This document shows, piece by piece, positions 1 through 8,410 of a stretch of DNA of 64,000 nucleotides. Source of the DNA: a virus. Taxonomy: Duplodnaviria; Heunggongvirae; Uroviricota; Caudoviricetes. The DNA lies in IMG/VR virus record IMGVR_UViG_3300042564_003265. The stretch is one strand, 5' to 3'. The notes beneath the pieces are model-generated. The model worked only from the letters and a program-made list of their open reading frames with translations. It was not told the DNA's origin and made no database searches. A program made the translations under genes and the position numbers. How positions within the stretch are numbered: position 1 is the first letter of the stretch; each line of letters begins with the position of its first letter.

Positions 1-1
1 G

Positions 2-145
2 TTCAAAGGTAACTCGATTGAGAGACACCTTTTCGACCAATGGGTTATCAAGTCGAGTAAGAACAACGTTAATGTTCGTCAAGTGAATATCGAGAACATC
101 AACGAAATCACAATCGACCACACGAAGTACATTCGAGTAAGGTAG
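2..145 (+). CDS. 3' end of a hypothetical protein (partial; start lies upstream of the window)
   Basis: Frame open from the window edge to TAG at 143-145; a rho-independent terminator follows. Confidence 0.35.
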   Translation, partial: FKGNSIERHLFDQWVIKSSKNNVNVRQVNIENINEITIDHTKYIRVR

Positions 146-165
146 GGTAAAGTTGATAGGTTAAA

Positions 166-193
166 GGGGGTGTAGTAATACACCCCTTTTTTT
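166..193 (+). terminator. rho-independent terminator
   Basis: Hairpin GGGGGTGTAgtaaTACACCCC followed by T7. A near-identical terminator is at 6869-6895. Confidence 0.7.
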
Positions 194-195
194 AT

Positions 196-292
196 GTCCA
201 CAATCCATCTTGGTTCAGGACGTATCCAAATGTCCACCGGTTATTTGAAAGCTGTAAGACATTCTACCATCACAGAACCTTCGGGGGTTTTA
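196..292. repeat. GC-rich intergenic element, copy A (AATGTCCACCGG ... GTAAGACATTC)
   Basis: Shares AAATGT(T/C)CA-C and GTAAGACAT motifs with elements at 1600, 2683, 3876, 6896, 9150 and 10688. Confidence 0.6.
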
Positions 293-313
293 ACATTATC
301 ATAACAAAATAAA

Positions 314-346
314 TTTGGTAGTTAAATAAAAAGGTATTACCTTTAC
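314..346 (+). promoter_or_regulatory. Bacteroidetes-type sigma-A promoter (TTTGG - N - TAttaccTTTAC)
   Basis: -33 TTTG and -7 TAnnTTTG-like elements with correct spacing. The cassette aTTTGGtagttaaataaaa is reused upstream of many early genes. Confidence 0.6.
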
Positions 347-368
347 TCCATAATCAAACTACTACAAA

Positions 369-518
369 ATGGAAAACATTAACATCAAAAAATTGATTGA
401 CGACTTACAAGAATTATTAGACAGAGGAGAAACGACACTAAAATTCGAGGGTACAATTGTATGTATCGAACAAGACGGAAGTTGTAATTGTATTAGAAGT
501 ACTAAACCCCAAATGTAA
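369..518 (+). CDS. small early hypothetical protein (49 aa)
   Basis: ATG 23 nt downstream of the promoter; ORF MENINIKKLIDDLQELLDRGETTLKFEGTIVCIEQDGSCNCIRSTKPQM is too short for the ORF track. Confidence 0.35.
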   Translation: MENINIKKLIDDLQELLDRGETTLKFEGTIVCIEQDGSCNCIRSTKPQM

Positions 519-524
519 ACAAAA

Positions 525-719
525 ATGGAAACACTTATTATCACATCATCATCACCACAAGGTCTAAATGAGAAAATCGAAAAGTATTACAACGAGGGTT
601 ATAGAGTTGAGGGAAGTCATCAAGTTGTTGAAACACGTCACCAAAATCGTTTTCGTGGTACTCAACACGTTGATACGTTAATTGAACACGAATACTCAGT
701 TACCTTAACAAAGGTTTAA
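525..719 (+). CDS. hypothetical early protein
   Basis: ORF in a plus-strand operon downstream of the promoter at 314. Confidence 0.45.
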   Translation: METLIITSSSPQGLNEKIEKYYNEGYRVEGSHQVVETRHQNRFRGTQHVDTLIEHEYSVTLTKV

Positions 720-728
720 CAAGAAAAA

Positions 729-761
729 TTTGGTGGTCTCGTATAAAGGTTATACTTTTAC
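729..761 (+). promoter_or_regulatory. Bacteroidetes-type sigma-A promoter
   Basis: TTTGGtggtctcgtataaaggttaTACTTTTAC. Confidence 0.55.
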
Positions 762-780
762 ATTCTAAAATTAAAACACT

Positions 781-987
781 ATGACTTCTACATTTGTAAA
801 AATTGATGAACTACCAATGAAATGTTTTAGATTAACATTTCCTGAAAAAACTTATGATGTGTTTATCCCTGACACTACTGATAGTAGTAGTTGTGTAAAC
901 ATTACTGATGAAAACGGAGACCAAGTTCCATTCGAGGAGTGGGACAATATCCTAATGTTTTTGGGTCATCAAACACAAGAAATTTAA
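781..987 (+). CDS. hypothetical early protein
   Basis: ORF preceded by a promoter and followed by a terminator. Confidence 0.5.
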   Translation: MTSTFVKIDELPMKCFRLTFPEKTYDVFIPDTTDSSSCVNITDENGDQVPFEEWDNILMFLGHQTQEI

Positions 988-1009
988 GGTCGTAAAGATT
1001 CCTTAAACA

Positions 1010-1036
1010 CCCTCAACGAAAGTTGGGGGTTTTTTA
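1010..1036 (+). terminator. rho-independent terminator
   Basis: CCCTCAAC gaaa GTTGGGGG stem (one G-U pair) followed by a T-tract. Confidence 0.6.
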
Positions 1037-1059
1037 TTTCCAAGAAGAATGGTTCGAAA

Positions 1060-1105
1060 AAATCCGACTCCGAATGTTTAACAGCTTTCACCAAATAACC
1101 GGTGA
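1060..1105. repeat. short copy of the intergenic motif (AATGTTTAACAGC ... GGTGAACATTTC)
   Basis: 13-mer variant plus the reverse-complement of the GAAATGTTCACC motif. Confidence 0.45.
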
Positions 1106-1266
1106 ACATTTCTCTACCCCAACAGGTATGAGTCGTTAAAAAAAATTAACGGATTTTAACAAAACTTTTTATCAAAGTATTAGGAAATATCATTTTTATT
1201 CTCGTACTTTGTATTGTTATATTATTCAACACTACAACGGGGACGGGTTACCGAACAACTACTACT

Positions 1267-1557
1267 ATGTTAGAATTTGAATTTGGAATGGACGATGTAA
1301 GTGAGGACATTTATGTCGAGGGTGAGTTCACCGACACTATCACGGAAGAACACGTGTTAAATGTTCTACACTTTGTTAGAAACCAAGAATGGTTTAGTGA
1401 GGGGAACAAAACGGAAGGTGTGATTACCTTCTCCAAAGGAAGTACCGAGGTGATGTGGAACAAAGTCTTTATGGTTATCACGAATAGTGGTGATGTGTTC
1501 GATGAGGTGGAAGGTCCGGAGACCTACACAATCGACCGACAATTCTTCAAGTTCTAA
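1267..1557 (+). CDS. hypothetical early protein (acidic)
   Basis: ORF followed by a strong terminator. Confidence 0.5.
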   Translation: MLEFEFGMDDVSEDIYVEGEFTDTITEEHVLNVLHFVRNQEWFSEGNKTEGVITFSKGSTEVMWNKVFMVITNSGDVFDEVEGPETYTIDRQFFKF

Positions 1558-1569
1558 ACTTGACTACGA

Positions 1570-1598
1570 AACCCTCATCAGAAATGGTGAGGGTTTTT
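1570..1598 (+). terminator. rho-independent terminator
   Basis: AACCCTCA ... TGAGGGTT, perfect 8-bp stem followed by T5. Confidence 0.75.
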
Positions 1599-1599
1599 A

Positions 1600-1665
1600 T
1601 TTGGTGGACAAACCATCTTGGTTCACCGTCAGAGGGAAATGTCCAACAGCTTTTAGATATATCGT
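1600..1665. repeat. GC-rich intergenic element, copy B (GAAATGTCCAACAGC)
   Basis: Shares AACCATCTTGGTTCA with copy A, plus an AATGT(T/C)CAACAGC variant. Confidence 0.55.
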
Positions 1666-1688
1666 TAACAAATTTTTAACAAGAATTA

Positions 1689-1720
1689 TTTGGATATATC
1701 ATTTATATTGTTTTACTTTG
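1689..1720 (+). promoter_or_regulatory. Bacteroidetes-type sigma-A promoter
   Basis: TTTGGatatatcatttatattgttTTACTTTG. Confidence 0.55.
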
Positions 1721-1740
1721 TGGTATTAAATTATAACATT

Positions 1741-2007
1741 ATGAGTAAAAACATTGTTGATTTGTCAAATCTCGATACTTGGGATATGATTAAAGAGTTA
1801 CAAAGTCGTGGTTGGAACACGGAACTACTTTGGTGTAGAGATGATGTTCAAACACAATTAGACGACATCAATGAAGAAAAAAGTGAAGATGAGAAAATCA
1901 CTTTAACTGATGAGGACAAAGATGAAATCTTGGACGACTTGTCTTACGAGTGGTATTGTGAAAGAATAAATGAAGAAATCTATAATAAAATTTTAAACTA
2001 TGAGTAA
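1741..2007 (+). CDS. hypothetical early protein (acidic)
   Basis: Internal ATG 21 nt after the promoter (MSKNIVDLSNL...). The longer track ORF from 1690 would overlap the promoter. Confidence 0.5.
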   Translation: MSKNIVDLSNLDTWDMIKELQSRGWNTELLWCRDDVQTQLDDINEEKSEDEKITLTDEDKDEILDDLSYEWYCERINEEIYNKILNYE

Positions 2008-2233
2008 GAAAAAAGTAAGTAAAAAATGGAGAATTTTATCTCCCGATGGTTTTCCGATTGAGTTCGGAGTATCGTACTACACAAGTAGTGAGAAAATGTA
2101 TGAGAGTTTTGAGAAATGGAAACAACGATACGAACAACAAGGGTATTATAGTACAATTGAAGACGGAAGAAGGATACAAATTCCTTTGGACGAATTGGAA
2201 AACTATTGTTTTGTATCGTGTTTAGATAATTAA
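2000..2233 (+). CDS. hypothetical early protein
   Basis: ORF overlapping the previous gene by 8 nt (ATGA-type coupling). Confidence 0.5.
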   Translation: MSKKKVSKKWRILSPDGFPIEFGVSYYTSSEKMYESFEKWKQRYEQQGYYSTIEDGRRIQIPLDELENYCFVSCLDN

Positions 2234-2245
2234 AACCATAAAACT

Positions 2246-2599
2246 ATGTTAAAAGTTAAAGACCACAACAAGTATCGTCACTTCGACTACGAAAACGAAC
2301 CCAGTAATACGTACCAACTTGGAGATGTGTTACTCAAAAACTATGATGATGATTTAAGTCCTGAGATTGGAGTGGTGATACAAACATTCTCCGATGGTGA
2401 TTTTAGAACTGATATGTGGGGTATGAGTTCTTATAGTGAAGTGTTACGAGCTAAACTATCAGATGTTAAAGAATATAGACCTGACCTTCTATCAGATTTA
2501 ATTATTAACATAGGTGTTTACTTCACCACCGATGATAATGGTGAAATAACATTTGATGTTGAGGAAATGGAAAACGAGTTAGTCCACTTGACTATGTAA
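2246..2599 (+). CDS. hypothetical early protein
   Basis: ORF followed by a terminator. Confidence 0.5.
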   Translation: MLKVKDHNKYRHFDYENEPSNTYQLGDVLLKNYDDDLSPEIGVVIQTFSDGDFRTDMWGMSSYSEVLRAKLSDVKEYRPDLLSDLIINIGVYFTTDDNGEITFDVEEMENELVHLTM

Positions 2600-2654
2600 A
2601 AATAATTCACTATACTTTAATTAGTTTTAGTTTAGTGTTTGGTAGTAAGTTTAA

Positions 2655-2682
2655 AGGTGAACAGAAATGTTCACCTTTTTTC
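2655..2682 (+). terminator. rho-independent terminator
   Basis: GGTGAACA gaaa TGTTCACC, perfect 8-bp stem followed by T6. The same hairpin recurs at 10661. Confidence 0.75.
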
Positions 2683-2835
2683 GTTTCCAAGAATATCTCC
2701 CCGAAAGCCCGGTACAAATGTAATGTTCAACAGCTAAACGCCGTAAGACATCTCGGATTACCAGCGCTGGTCCAGGTAAACACTGGTAAAAACTATCGCC
2801 GTAAGACATTCGTCTGGTTTCGCGCCAGACCCTAA
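2683..2835. repeat. GC-rich intergenic element, copy C (AATGTTCAACAGC-N5-GCCGTAAGACATCT, plus a second GCCGTAAGACATTC)
   Basis: GC-rich island in an AT-rich context. Track ORF 2635-2835 is rejected as coding. Confidence 0.6.
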
Positions 2836-2887
2836 TTCATCTGTTAAAAAAATAATTTAAAATTTAACAAAAAAATATATCAATTTA

Positions 2888-2919
2888 TTTGGTTTATAAA
2901 ATCTCGTGTAGTAAATTTG
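2888..2919 (+). promoter_or_regulatory. Bacteroidetes-type sigma-A promoter
   Basis: TTTGGtttataaaatctcgtgtagTAAATTTG. Confidence 0.6.
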
Positions 2920-2937
2920 TATAAATAATTAAATCGT

Positions 2938-3804
2938 ATGACAGAACAAACTATCTCCACAGGTAACGAGATTACCGACATTTTGAATCAGACAGGTCTG
3001 AATTGGAATGTAAGAACAGAAGAATTACAAACCACATCAGGTATTATTATTCCTGACAAGATTGGTTTAATCCGTGATGACAACAACACTTGTCTTGGTG
3101 TTCACTCGGGTTCGTATGTTCCTTATCAAAATCAGGAACTACTTGAATTGTTATTCCGTATCTCTCAACAAACAGGATTGGAACTTCACACAGGGGGTTC
3201 ATTCAAAGGTGGTGAGAAGGTGTGGTTTCAATTAAAGTCAGAGGACTTGAAGTTATCTAATGACCGAATCGAAGGTTACATTAGTGGGTTCAACTCATTT
3301 GATGGAAGAACGTCATTAGCGTTTGGTAACTCCAACGTTACAGTATCTTGTCAAAATACTTTTTGGAAAGGATACCGAGATGTGGAAACCAAATTGAGAC
3401 ACTCGTCCGCGATGAAACCAAAGATTGAAGAAATTTTGAGAAAGATTGATGTTCTATTACAAGAAGAACAACAAACCTTTGACAACATTCAACGTCTTGG
3501 GAATGTAAGAATGACTGAACAAGTTAAAGACTTGGTTATCCGTAGATTGTTCGACATTCAAAAAGAAGAGAGATTAGATAGTGATGACTTATCAACGAAT
3601 AAGAAAAACAAACTATCTCGTTTCTACATTGACTTGAATGGTGAACTTCAACAAAAAGGTGATAACCTTTGGGGTTTATTTAGTGGTGTAACAAAATATA
3701 CTACTCATTCTATGAAGAAAGGTGATAACACGGAAGGTAAAATCTTCGGACAAGTTGGTTTCAAAGAGAGACAAATTTGGGACAACCTCGTAGAATTGGT
3801 GTAA
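2938..3804 (+). CDS. DUF932-like phage/plasmid-like protein (TIGR03299-type), tentative
   Basis: ~290 aa with an N-terminal ...ILNQTGLNWNV... motif reminiscent of that family, in an early-gene context. Called from memory only. Confidence 0.35.
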   Translation: MTEQTISTGNEITDILNQTGLNWNVRTEELQTTSGIIIPDKIGLIRDDNNTCLGVHSGSYVPYQNQELLELLFRISQQTGLELHTGGSFKGGEKVWFQLKSEDLKLSNDRIEGYISGFNSFDGRTSLAFGNSNVTVSCQNTFWKGYRDVETKLRHSSAMKPKIEEILRKIDVLLQEEQQTFDNIQRLGNVRMTEQVKDLVIRRLFDIQKEERLDSDDLSTNKKNKLSRFYIDLNGELQQKGDNLWGLFSGVTKYTTHSMKKGDNTEGKIFGQVGFKERQIWDNLVELV

Positions 3805-3845
3805 GACATTGATTTGAGGAAATCAATTGGTGACAACCTGTCGAA

Positions 3846-3875
3846 CCCTCGGACTTTTAGTTCGGGGGTTTTTTG
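3846..3875 (+). terminator. rho-independent terminator
   Basis: CCCUCGGAC uuuua GUUCGGGGG, 9-bp stem (2 G-U pairs) followed by U6. Confidence 0.6.
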
Positions 3876-4030
3876 TTTCCTGTGTACTGTACCTGCACAG
3901 GACCTGGACAGATGTTCAACGGCGAATGGCCGTAAGACATTCACCTGCTGCAGCGCTGCGCTGTTGCGCTGCTTTACTTATTTAACCGGTAGACATCTCA
4001 CCAGTTCAGGGCTGGGGAATTATTCTTCTT
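3876..4030. repeat. GC-rich intergenic element, copy D (GATGTTCAACGGC-gaatg-GCCGTAAGACATTC; ACCGGTAGACATCTC; CAGCGC repeats)
   Basis: Best-preserved copy. Motif pair is separated by 5 nt and can form an imperfect hairpin (AATGT...ACATT outer stem, ACGGC/GCCGT inner stem). Confidence 0.65.
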
Positions 4031-4061
4031 AAAAAACTTTAACACTTTTTAACAAAATAAA

Positions 4062-4093
4062 TTTGGTAGTTAAATAAAACTATATTACTTTTA
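4062..4093 (+). promoter_or_regulatory. Bacteroidetes-type sigma-A promoter
   Basis: TTTGGtagttaaataaaactataTTACTTTTAC. Confidence 0.6.
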
Positions 4094-4112
4094 CATCATT
4101 AAACAAAGAGAT

Positions 4113-4256
4113 ATGAAACTATATTATTATTTACCCAAAGGAGGTTCAGGTATTGGATTCAGTATTAGAGGAAATGATTTAGTAGAAATTAAAAAATCTA
4201 TTAAATCTATTTTAGGTGTTAAGACATTAAGAGGTGTACAAATTTGGGAGGGTTAA
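4113..4256 (+). CDS. small early hypothetical protein (47 aa)
   Basis: ATG 20 nt after the promoter; MKLYYYLPKGGSGIGFSIRGNDLVEIKKSIKSILGVKTLRGVQIWEG. Confidence 0.3.
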   Translation: MKLYYYLPKGGSGIGFSIRGNDLVEIKKSIKSILGVKTLRGVQIWEG

Positions 4257-4276
4257 CAAAAATTTAACTAAAATTA

Positions 4277-4309
4277 TTTGGTAGTTAAATAAAACTATAT
4301 TACTTTTAC
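4277..4309 (+). promoter_or_regulatory. Bacteroidetes-type sigma-A promoter
   Basis: Identical cassette TTTGGtagttaaataaaactataTTACTTTTAC. Confidence 0.6.
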
Positions 4310-4331
4310 ATCGTAATCAAAAACAACTACA

Positions 4332-4550
4332 ATGATAAAGTCAATCGAAGAAAAAGTAACTAAATTAGAAATCGACCTTACAGGTCCAGAGGGAAACTCA
4401 TTTGTCCTATTAGGTATGGTCAAAGATTTATCTAAACAATTAGGATTAGATGGTCAGAAAATTAGATTTGAAATGACAAGTGGAGACTATGAACACCTTG
4501 TCAATACGTTCGACAAGTATTTTGGTGAGTATGTAACATTATATCGTTAA
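4332..4550 (+). CDS. hypothetical early protein
   Basis: ORF 23 nt after the promoter. Confidence 0.5.
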   Translation: MIKSIEEKVTKLEIDLTGPEGNSFVLLGMVKDLSKQLGLDGQKIRFEMTSGDYEHLVNTFDKYFGEYVTLYR

Positions 4551-4566
4551 CAAAAATTTAAATCAT

Positions 4567-4935
4567 ATGGACAACATTAAAGAAATTATCAAAAAAACAA
4601 TGGTACCCAAAGGTTTCTTATCATCAAATGATAGACCTACACAAAGGGCGATAGAGATGTTTTTCATCTATCTCTCACATTTACCAAAAGGTTGGGATGT
4701 TAAAAAAATTAACCGGAATTCAATCGAAGAAGTTAGAAACTACTTTAGGGTTGATTATGGATTCGAGGCGATGATTGCTTGGGGTATAACTATTGGTTGT
4801 GCGAAATCTAACACTTCAAAAGGAAGGTACGAGGCGATGTCAGTTGCTTTCACAATTGCCCAAGGTATGATTGGACAAGGGGTTGTAGTTACTAAAAAAA
4901 CATTATGTCCTACCGAATATTTAAAAGTTGCTTAA
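4567..4935 (+). CDS. hypothetical early protein
   Basis: ORF in the operon. Confidence 0.5.
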   Translation: MDNIKEIIKKTMVPKGFLSSNDRPTQRAIEMFFIYLSHLPKGWDVKKINRNSIEEVRNYFRVDYGFEAMIAWGITIGCAKSNTSKGRYEAMSVAFTIAQGMIGQGVVVTKKTLCPTEYLKVA

Positions 4936-4955
4936 CAAAACTTTAACTAAAATTA

Positions 4956-4988
4956 TTTGGTAGTTAAATAAAACTATATTACTTTTAC
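4956..4988 (+). promoter_or_regulatory. Bacteroidetes-type sigma-A promoter
   Basis: Third copy of the TTTGGtagttaaataaaactataTTACTTTTAC cassette. Confidence 0.6.
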
Positions 4989-5018
4989 ATCATTAAATCA
5001 CAACTAATAAAAAAACTT

Positions 5019-5270
5019 ATGTCAGAGTTAAAAACTAAAACTGATGTCCTAACACATTGGACACAAAAATCGAAAGAGGTTTTACAGGGTAAAACTATTG
5101 TAGAAGTTCGTTATCTAAATGATGATGAAATGGAAATGATGGGTTGGTATAAACGACCTGTGTGTTTCTTCCTTAATGATGGTACAAGTTGTATCTTGTC
5201 CTGTGATGATGAAGGGAATGATGGTGGTGTATTATTTTATGGTAATGACGGAGTGTTACCAACATTATAA
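5019..5270 (+). CDS. hypothetical early protein
   Basis: ORF downstream of the promoter. Confidence 0.5.
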   Translation: MSELKTKTDVLTHWTQKSKEVLQGKTIVEVRYLNDDEMEMMGWYKRPVCFFLNDGTSCILSCDDEGNDGGVLFYGNDGVLPTL

Positions 5271-5289
5271 ACCTTTAAATCAAATCAAG

Positions 5290-5523
5290 ATGAGTTACCT
5301 AACATTAAGAGATTGGAGAGAGAACCACGTTAGAGTGTTGTTCGACCTCAACGGAAGTAAAGTAGAAGTTAAATCAACTGATAGTGATATAACTTACTTC
5401 AAAAGTACGGATAGAAAAATTGTTCAAGATTTTATTGATGATTCTTCAAAACAATTAACTACTATCTATCGACTTAACTTCGAAAACATTCAAGAAGATT
5501 TTTTAAAACTTTTAAATAACTAA
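5290..5523 (+). CDS. hypothetical early protein
   Basis: Internal ATG (MSYLTLRDW...) chosen to avoid overlap with the previous gene. The track ORF starts at 5176. Confidence 0.4.
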   Translation: MSYLTLRDWRENHVRVLFDLNGSKVEVKSTDSDITYFKSTDRKIVQDFIDDSSKQLTTIYRLNFENIQEDFLKLLNN

Positions 5524-5526
5524 GAA

Positions 5527-5976
5527 ATGGGATATACACATTATTGGAACTACAAAAAGAAATCACCGAATTTCGAACAAGAAATGATTAATGTTCATTT
5601 AGACATTCAAACAGGGTTGAAACATATCGACCGAGATAAGATTGTACTACGTGGTGGTGATGGAACAGGAAATCCTGAGTTTACAACCGAGTCCATCATA
5701 TTCAACGGCGATGGGAACGTAGGATTAGACCACGAGACATTTTACTTTGATGGAGAACCAACGGACTATACGTTTTGTAAGACCGTACATAAACCTTATG
5801 ACTTCGTTGTGTGTCTATGTTTATTATCACTATGTAATAGATTAGAAGGGTTTGAATTCAGTTCAGACGGAGGTATTACGGAATGGGAACCGGTTATTCT
5901 TTTCTATCAAAAGTTTATCGGAGAATTAAAACCCGAGGTCATACAAGACTTTATTAAAGTGGAAGAAAATTTTTAA
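5527..5976 (+). CDS. hypothetical early protein
   Basis: ORF. Confidence 0.5.
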   Translation: MGYTHYWNYKKKSPNFEQEMINVHLDIQTGLKHIDRDKIVLRGGDGTGNPEFTTESIIFNGDGNVGLDHETFYFDGEPTDYTFCKTVHKPYDFVVCLCLLSLCNRLEGFEFSSDGGITEWEPVILFYQKFIGELKPEVIQDFIKVEENF

Positions 5977-6006
5977 CACCTTTTAACAAAATTTTAATAA
6001 AAAAAA

Positions 6007-6037
6007 TTTGGTAGTTAAATAAAATTGTATAACTTTG
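6007..6037 (+). promoter_or_regulatory. Bacteroidetes-type sigma-A promoter
   Basis: TTTGGtagttaaataaaattgTATAACTTTG. Confidence 0.55.
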
Positions 6038-6099
6038 TAAACGTATTCATTATTCTATAACTAAATCGGGGACAGGAGTAAATCTGAACAACTACTATC

Positions 6100-6846
6100 G
6101 TGAATAAAATTCAAACAGGTAAAAAAGTAGGAGAAATCTTTGAGACCAAAGATTATTCAATCTTCAAGTTTCGTGATGACAATCGTATTGTGAACACGAA
6201 CCACGTTAAAAAACTTTCACAACGAATGAAAGACAATGGTTGGTTATCTACATCAGTTGTAACAATCAACGGAAGTGGAGAAGTAATTGACGGACAACAT
6301 AGAGTCAAAGCCGCGATGTCGGTGGGTTGTCCAATCCGTTACAAATGTGTAAGGGGAGCGGGTAGTGATGAAATGACATCAATGAACACACTTCAACGAA
6401 ATTGGAGTCCGTTTGACCACTTACATAAGTTTGTTAAGAAAGGAAATCCTAACTACATAACTTTCCAAAAGTTTACAGAGGAGTTTCCAATGTTTAAGTA
6501 CACGGAAATCGCGATGTTGTTACAAAATAGTACAACATCAATCAAAAGAGATAATTTTGATAGTGGTAATTATGTCGTGAGAAACGAAAAGAAAGGTCGT
6601 TTGTGGGGACAATACTTATTAGAGTTGAAACCATACTTTGAAAAGTATTACAACAAATCAATCTTTGTTAGAGGTTTCTTAAAAATCATCTCAAACAAAA
6701 AGGAGTTTGTATTTGAGGAGTTTTTACACAAAGTAAAATTGAGACCAAATATGTTGGTCGCGTGTGGAACTACCGAACAATATATTGAGATGATTGAGAA
6801 CATTTACAATTATAAGAGAAGTAATAAAGTGAATTTGAGATTTTAG
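6100..6846 (+). CDS. ParB/Srx-fold (ParB-like nuclease domain, DUF262-like) protein
   Basis: GTG start. N-terminal domain with ...VVTINGSGEVIDGQHRVKAA... resembling the DGQQR/DGQHR motif of ParB-like nuclease / DUF262 domains. Confidence 0.4.
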   Translation: MNKIQTGKKVGEIFETKDYSIFKFRDDNRIVNTNHVKKLSQRMKDNGWLSTSVVTINGSGEVIDGQHRVKAAMSVGCPIRYKCVRGAGSDEMTSMNTLQRNWSPFDHLHKFVKKGNPNYITFQKFTEEFPMFKYTEIAMLLQNSTTSIKRDNFDSGNYVVRNEKKGRLWGQYLLELKPYFEKYYNKSIFVRGFLKIISNKKEFVFEEFLHKVKLRPNMLVACGTTEQYIEMIENIYNYKRSNKVNLRF

Positions 6847-6868
6847 TAGTTGTAGATGATGAGTGAAA

Positions 6869-6895
6869 GGGGGTGTAGAAATACACCCTTTTTTT
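6869..6895 (+). terminator. rho-independent terminator
   Basis: GGGGGTGTAgaaaTACACCC followed by T7. Near-identical to the terminator at 166-193. Confidence 0.75.
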
Positions 6896-6990
6896 ATGTC
6901 CAAGAATTGTTGAACCCGCAGCGGGTTTGAATGTTCAACGGCGATAACACAAAAGCCGGAGGACATTTACCATCCAGGAACAGAAAAATT
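6896..6990. repeat. GC-rich intergenic element, copy E (GAATGTTCAACGGC ... GCCGGAGGACATTTACC)
   Basis: 13-mer perfect, second motif degenerate. Also an AACCCGCagcGGGTT hairpin. Confidence 0.6.
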
Positions 6991-7026
6991 CTTTAACAAA
7001 ATTTTTAGAAAAAAAAGTAAAATATA

Positions 7027-7059
7027 TTTGGAAATATCAAACTATTAATTGTATATTTG
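7027..7059 (+). promoter_or_regulatory. Bacteroidetes-type sigma-A promoter (consensus)
   Basis: TTTGGaaatatcaaactattaattgTATATTTG, a perfect TAnnTTTG. Confidence 0.65.
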
Positions 7060-7094
7060 TAGTGTAATAATTAATCATCTCAATTTATTAAAAA

Positions 7095-7355
7095 ATGAAA
7101 AAGAAAACCAAACACACATTATTGAAGGGTGAGGGAACAAACCAACATACCCTTTATGGTGATTTCTCAATCGAAGAAGTTACCGAGTATCCTTCATTAG
7201 AAGTAACAAAGGATAGTTTACTTAAACACGAACAACCTGATGGTTCATTTAGTAATGAACACCAAACTCTCAAAATCGAGAAGGGTGATTGGGTGATGGG
7301 TAAACAAGTAGAGTACAATCCATTTGAGGGCAGGGTAACACAAATTTGGGACTAA
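7095..7355 (+). CDS. hypothetical early protein
   Basis: ORF. Confidence 0.5.
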   Translation: MKKKTKHTLLKGEGTNQHTLYGDFSIEEVTEYPSLEVTKDSLLKHEQPDGSFSNEHQTLKIEKGDWVMGKQVEYNPFEGRVTQIWD

Positions 7356-7762
7356 CAATGGCGAACCCTTTAATACATTCAAAATCCAGTGTAAAGAGGT
7401 GGGGTGGAAAAGTAGAAGACTACATATCCATTCACGAATTAATTGATAGTCCGAAGGCGACTATGAATAATAATTCATCAAGATTATTAACACATAATAC
7501 TTGGTTCGCATATCACATTTGTCCAAAAATCTTTGGATACAACATTACCAACTCTGATGGTAGAAGTGTTGATGTGGTTGATATAGCGATGTTACATATC
7601 GCTGAGGACTTTCGTATGAAGTTCGTTCCTACACCACAGGATTACTTACAACACCTACAAGTCCAACCCTGGATGAACAATGGTGTAAAAGTTTTAGAGA
7701 GTGTAGAAGGTCAAGAAATCGTTAAACAATTAAATCAAAAATTACATTATGAAAACAACTAA
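7346..7762 (+). CDS. hypothetical early protein
   Basis: ORF overlapping its neighbours by a few nt. Confidence 0.5.
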   Translation: MGLTMANPLIHSKSSVKRWGGKVEDYISIHELIDSPKATMNNNSSRLLTHNTWFAYHICPKIFGYNITNSDGRSVDVVDIAMLHIAEDFRMKFVPTPQDYLQHLQVQPWMNNGVKVLESVEGQEIVKQLNQKLHYENN

Positions 7763-8399
7763 TGAAGAAATGATTGAGTTATGGAAAAAACTCAACATTG
7801 AACAATGTCTTATGGAGTTCTCTTGTGGTGGGGATAGTATGAACGAAACTGAATTTAAGTTTTTCAACTCAAAGAACGAAGAAGTAGATGGTGAGGAACT
7901 TGAAAGTTACTTTGAAAGTGAAGTATATAATCAAGTTGAGTTTTACGAAGTGTCAGACGGACATTATATGGGTGAGTTTGGTCAGGTGGTAATTACTTTG
8001 GAAGAAGAAGATGGTGAAGAACCTTTCTTTCAGTATGACAAACAATCTCAAAGTGAGTGGGAAGAAAGAGAAGTTCAAGTGATGGAGTATGAACTTACTG
8101 ATAGTGAGGTGAAGTTCCTTACAGAAAAGGTAGATAGTATTGTAGGTGGTGAAGATGGTGAGGCGATTAACTACAAAACCGATTGTGTTCTATCTGATGA
8201 AGAAGAAGAAATTTCTGAAAAGTTATTAAAGGATATTTCTGATACCGCAAATGATTTTGAATTTGAGAATGTTGATGGTGAACAACAAGATTGGTTTATC
8301 TTCACTACAAGAATTGATGATGAAGATGGAGTTATCATTGACGGAAATAAACTATCGGTGGAAGTAACAAGAAATTATTATCAAACAAGAGAAGACTAA
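7749..8399 (+). CDS. highly acidic early protein (candidate DNA mimic / anti-restriction)
   Basis: 216 aa, roughly one-third Asp/Glu and few basic residues, in an early operon. Composition only, no homology claimed. Confidence 0.45.
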   Translation: MKTTNEEMIELWKKLNIEQCLMEFSCGGDSMNETEFKFFNSKNEEVDGEELESYFESEVYNQVEFYEVSDGHYMGEFGQVVITLEEEDGEEPFFQYDKQSQSEWEEREVQVMEYELTDSEVKFLTEKVDSIVGGEDGEAINYKTDCVLSDEEEEISEKLLKDISDTANDFEFENVDGEQQDWFIFTTRIDDEDGVIIDGNKLSVEVTRNYYQTRED

Positions 8400-8410
8400 A
8401 ACTACAAAAA

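Noticed and set aside
1487-1729. 80-aa plus-strand ORF
   Set aside because: Overlaps the 3' end of gene 1267-1557 and reads through terminator 1570-1598, element B and the next promoter.
2635-2835. 66-aa plus-strand ORF in the ORF track
   Set aside because: Lies entirely inside terminator 2655-2682 plus GC-rich intergenic element C. Its first residues are encoded by the terminator hairpin. Composition is unlike neighbouring genes.
3814-4032. 72-aa plus-strand ORF, with opposite-strand ORF 3705-3944
   Set aside because: They span terminator 3846-3875 and intergenic element D; Cys/Ala/Leu-rich translations arise from GC-rich repeat motifs (CAGCGC, GCCGTAAGACAT). Treated as non-coding.
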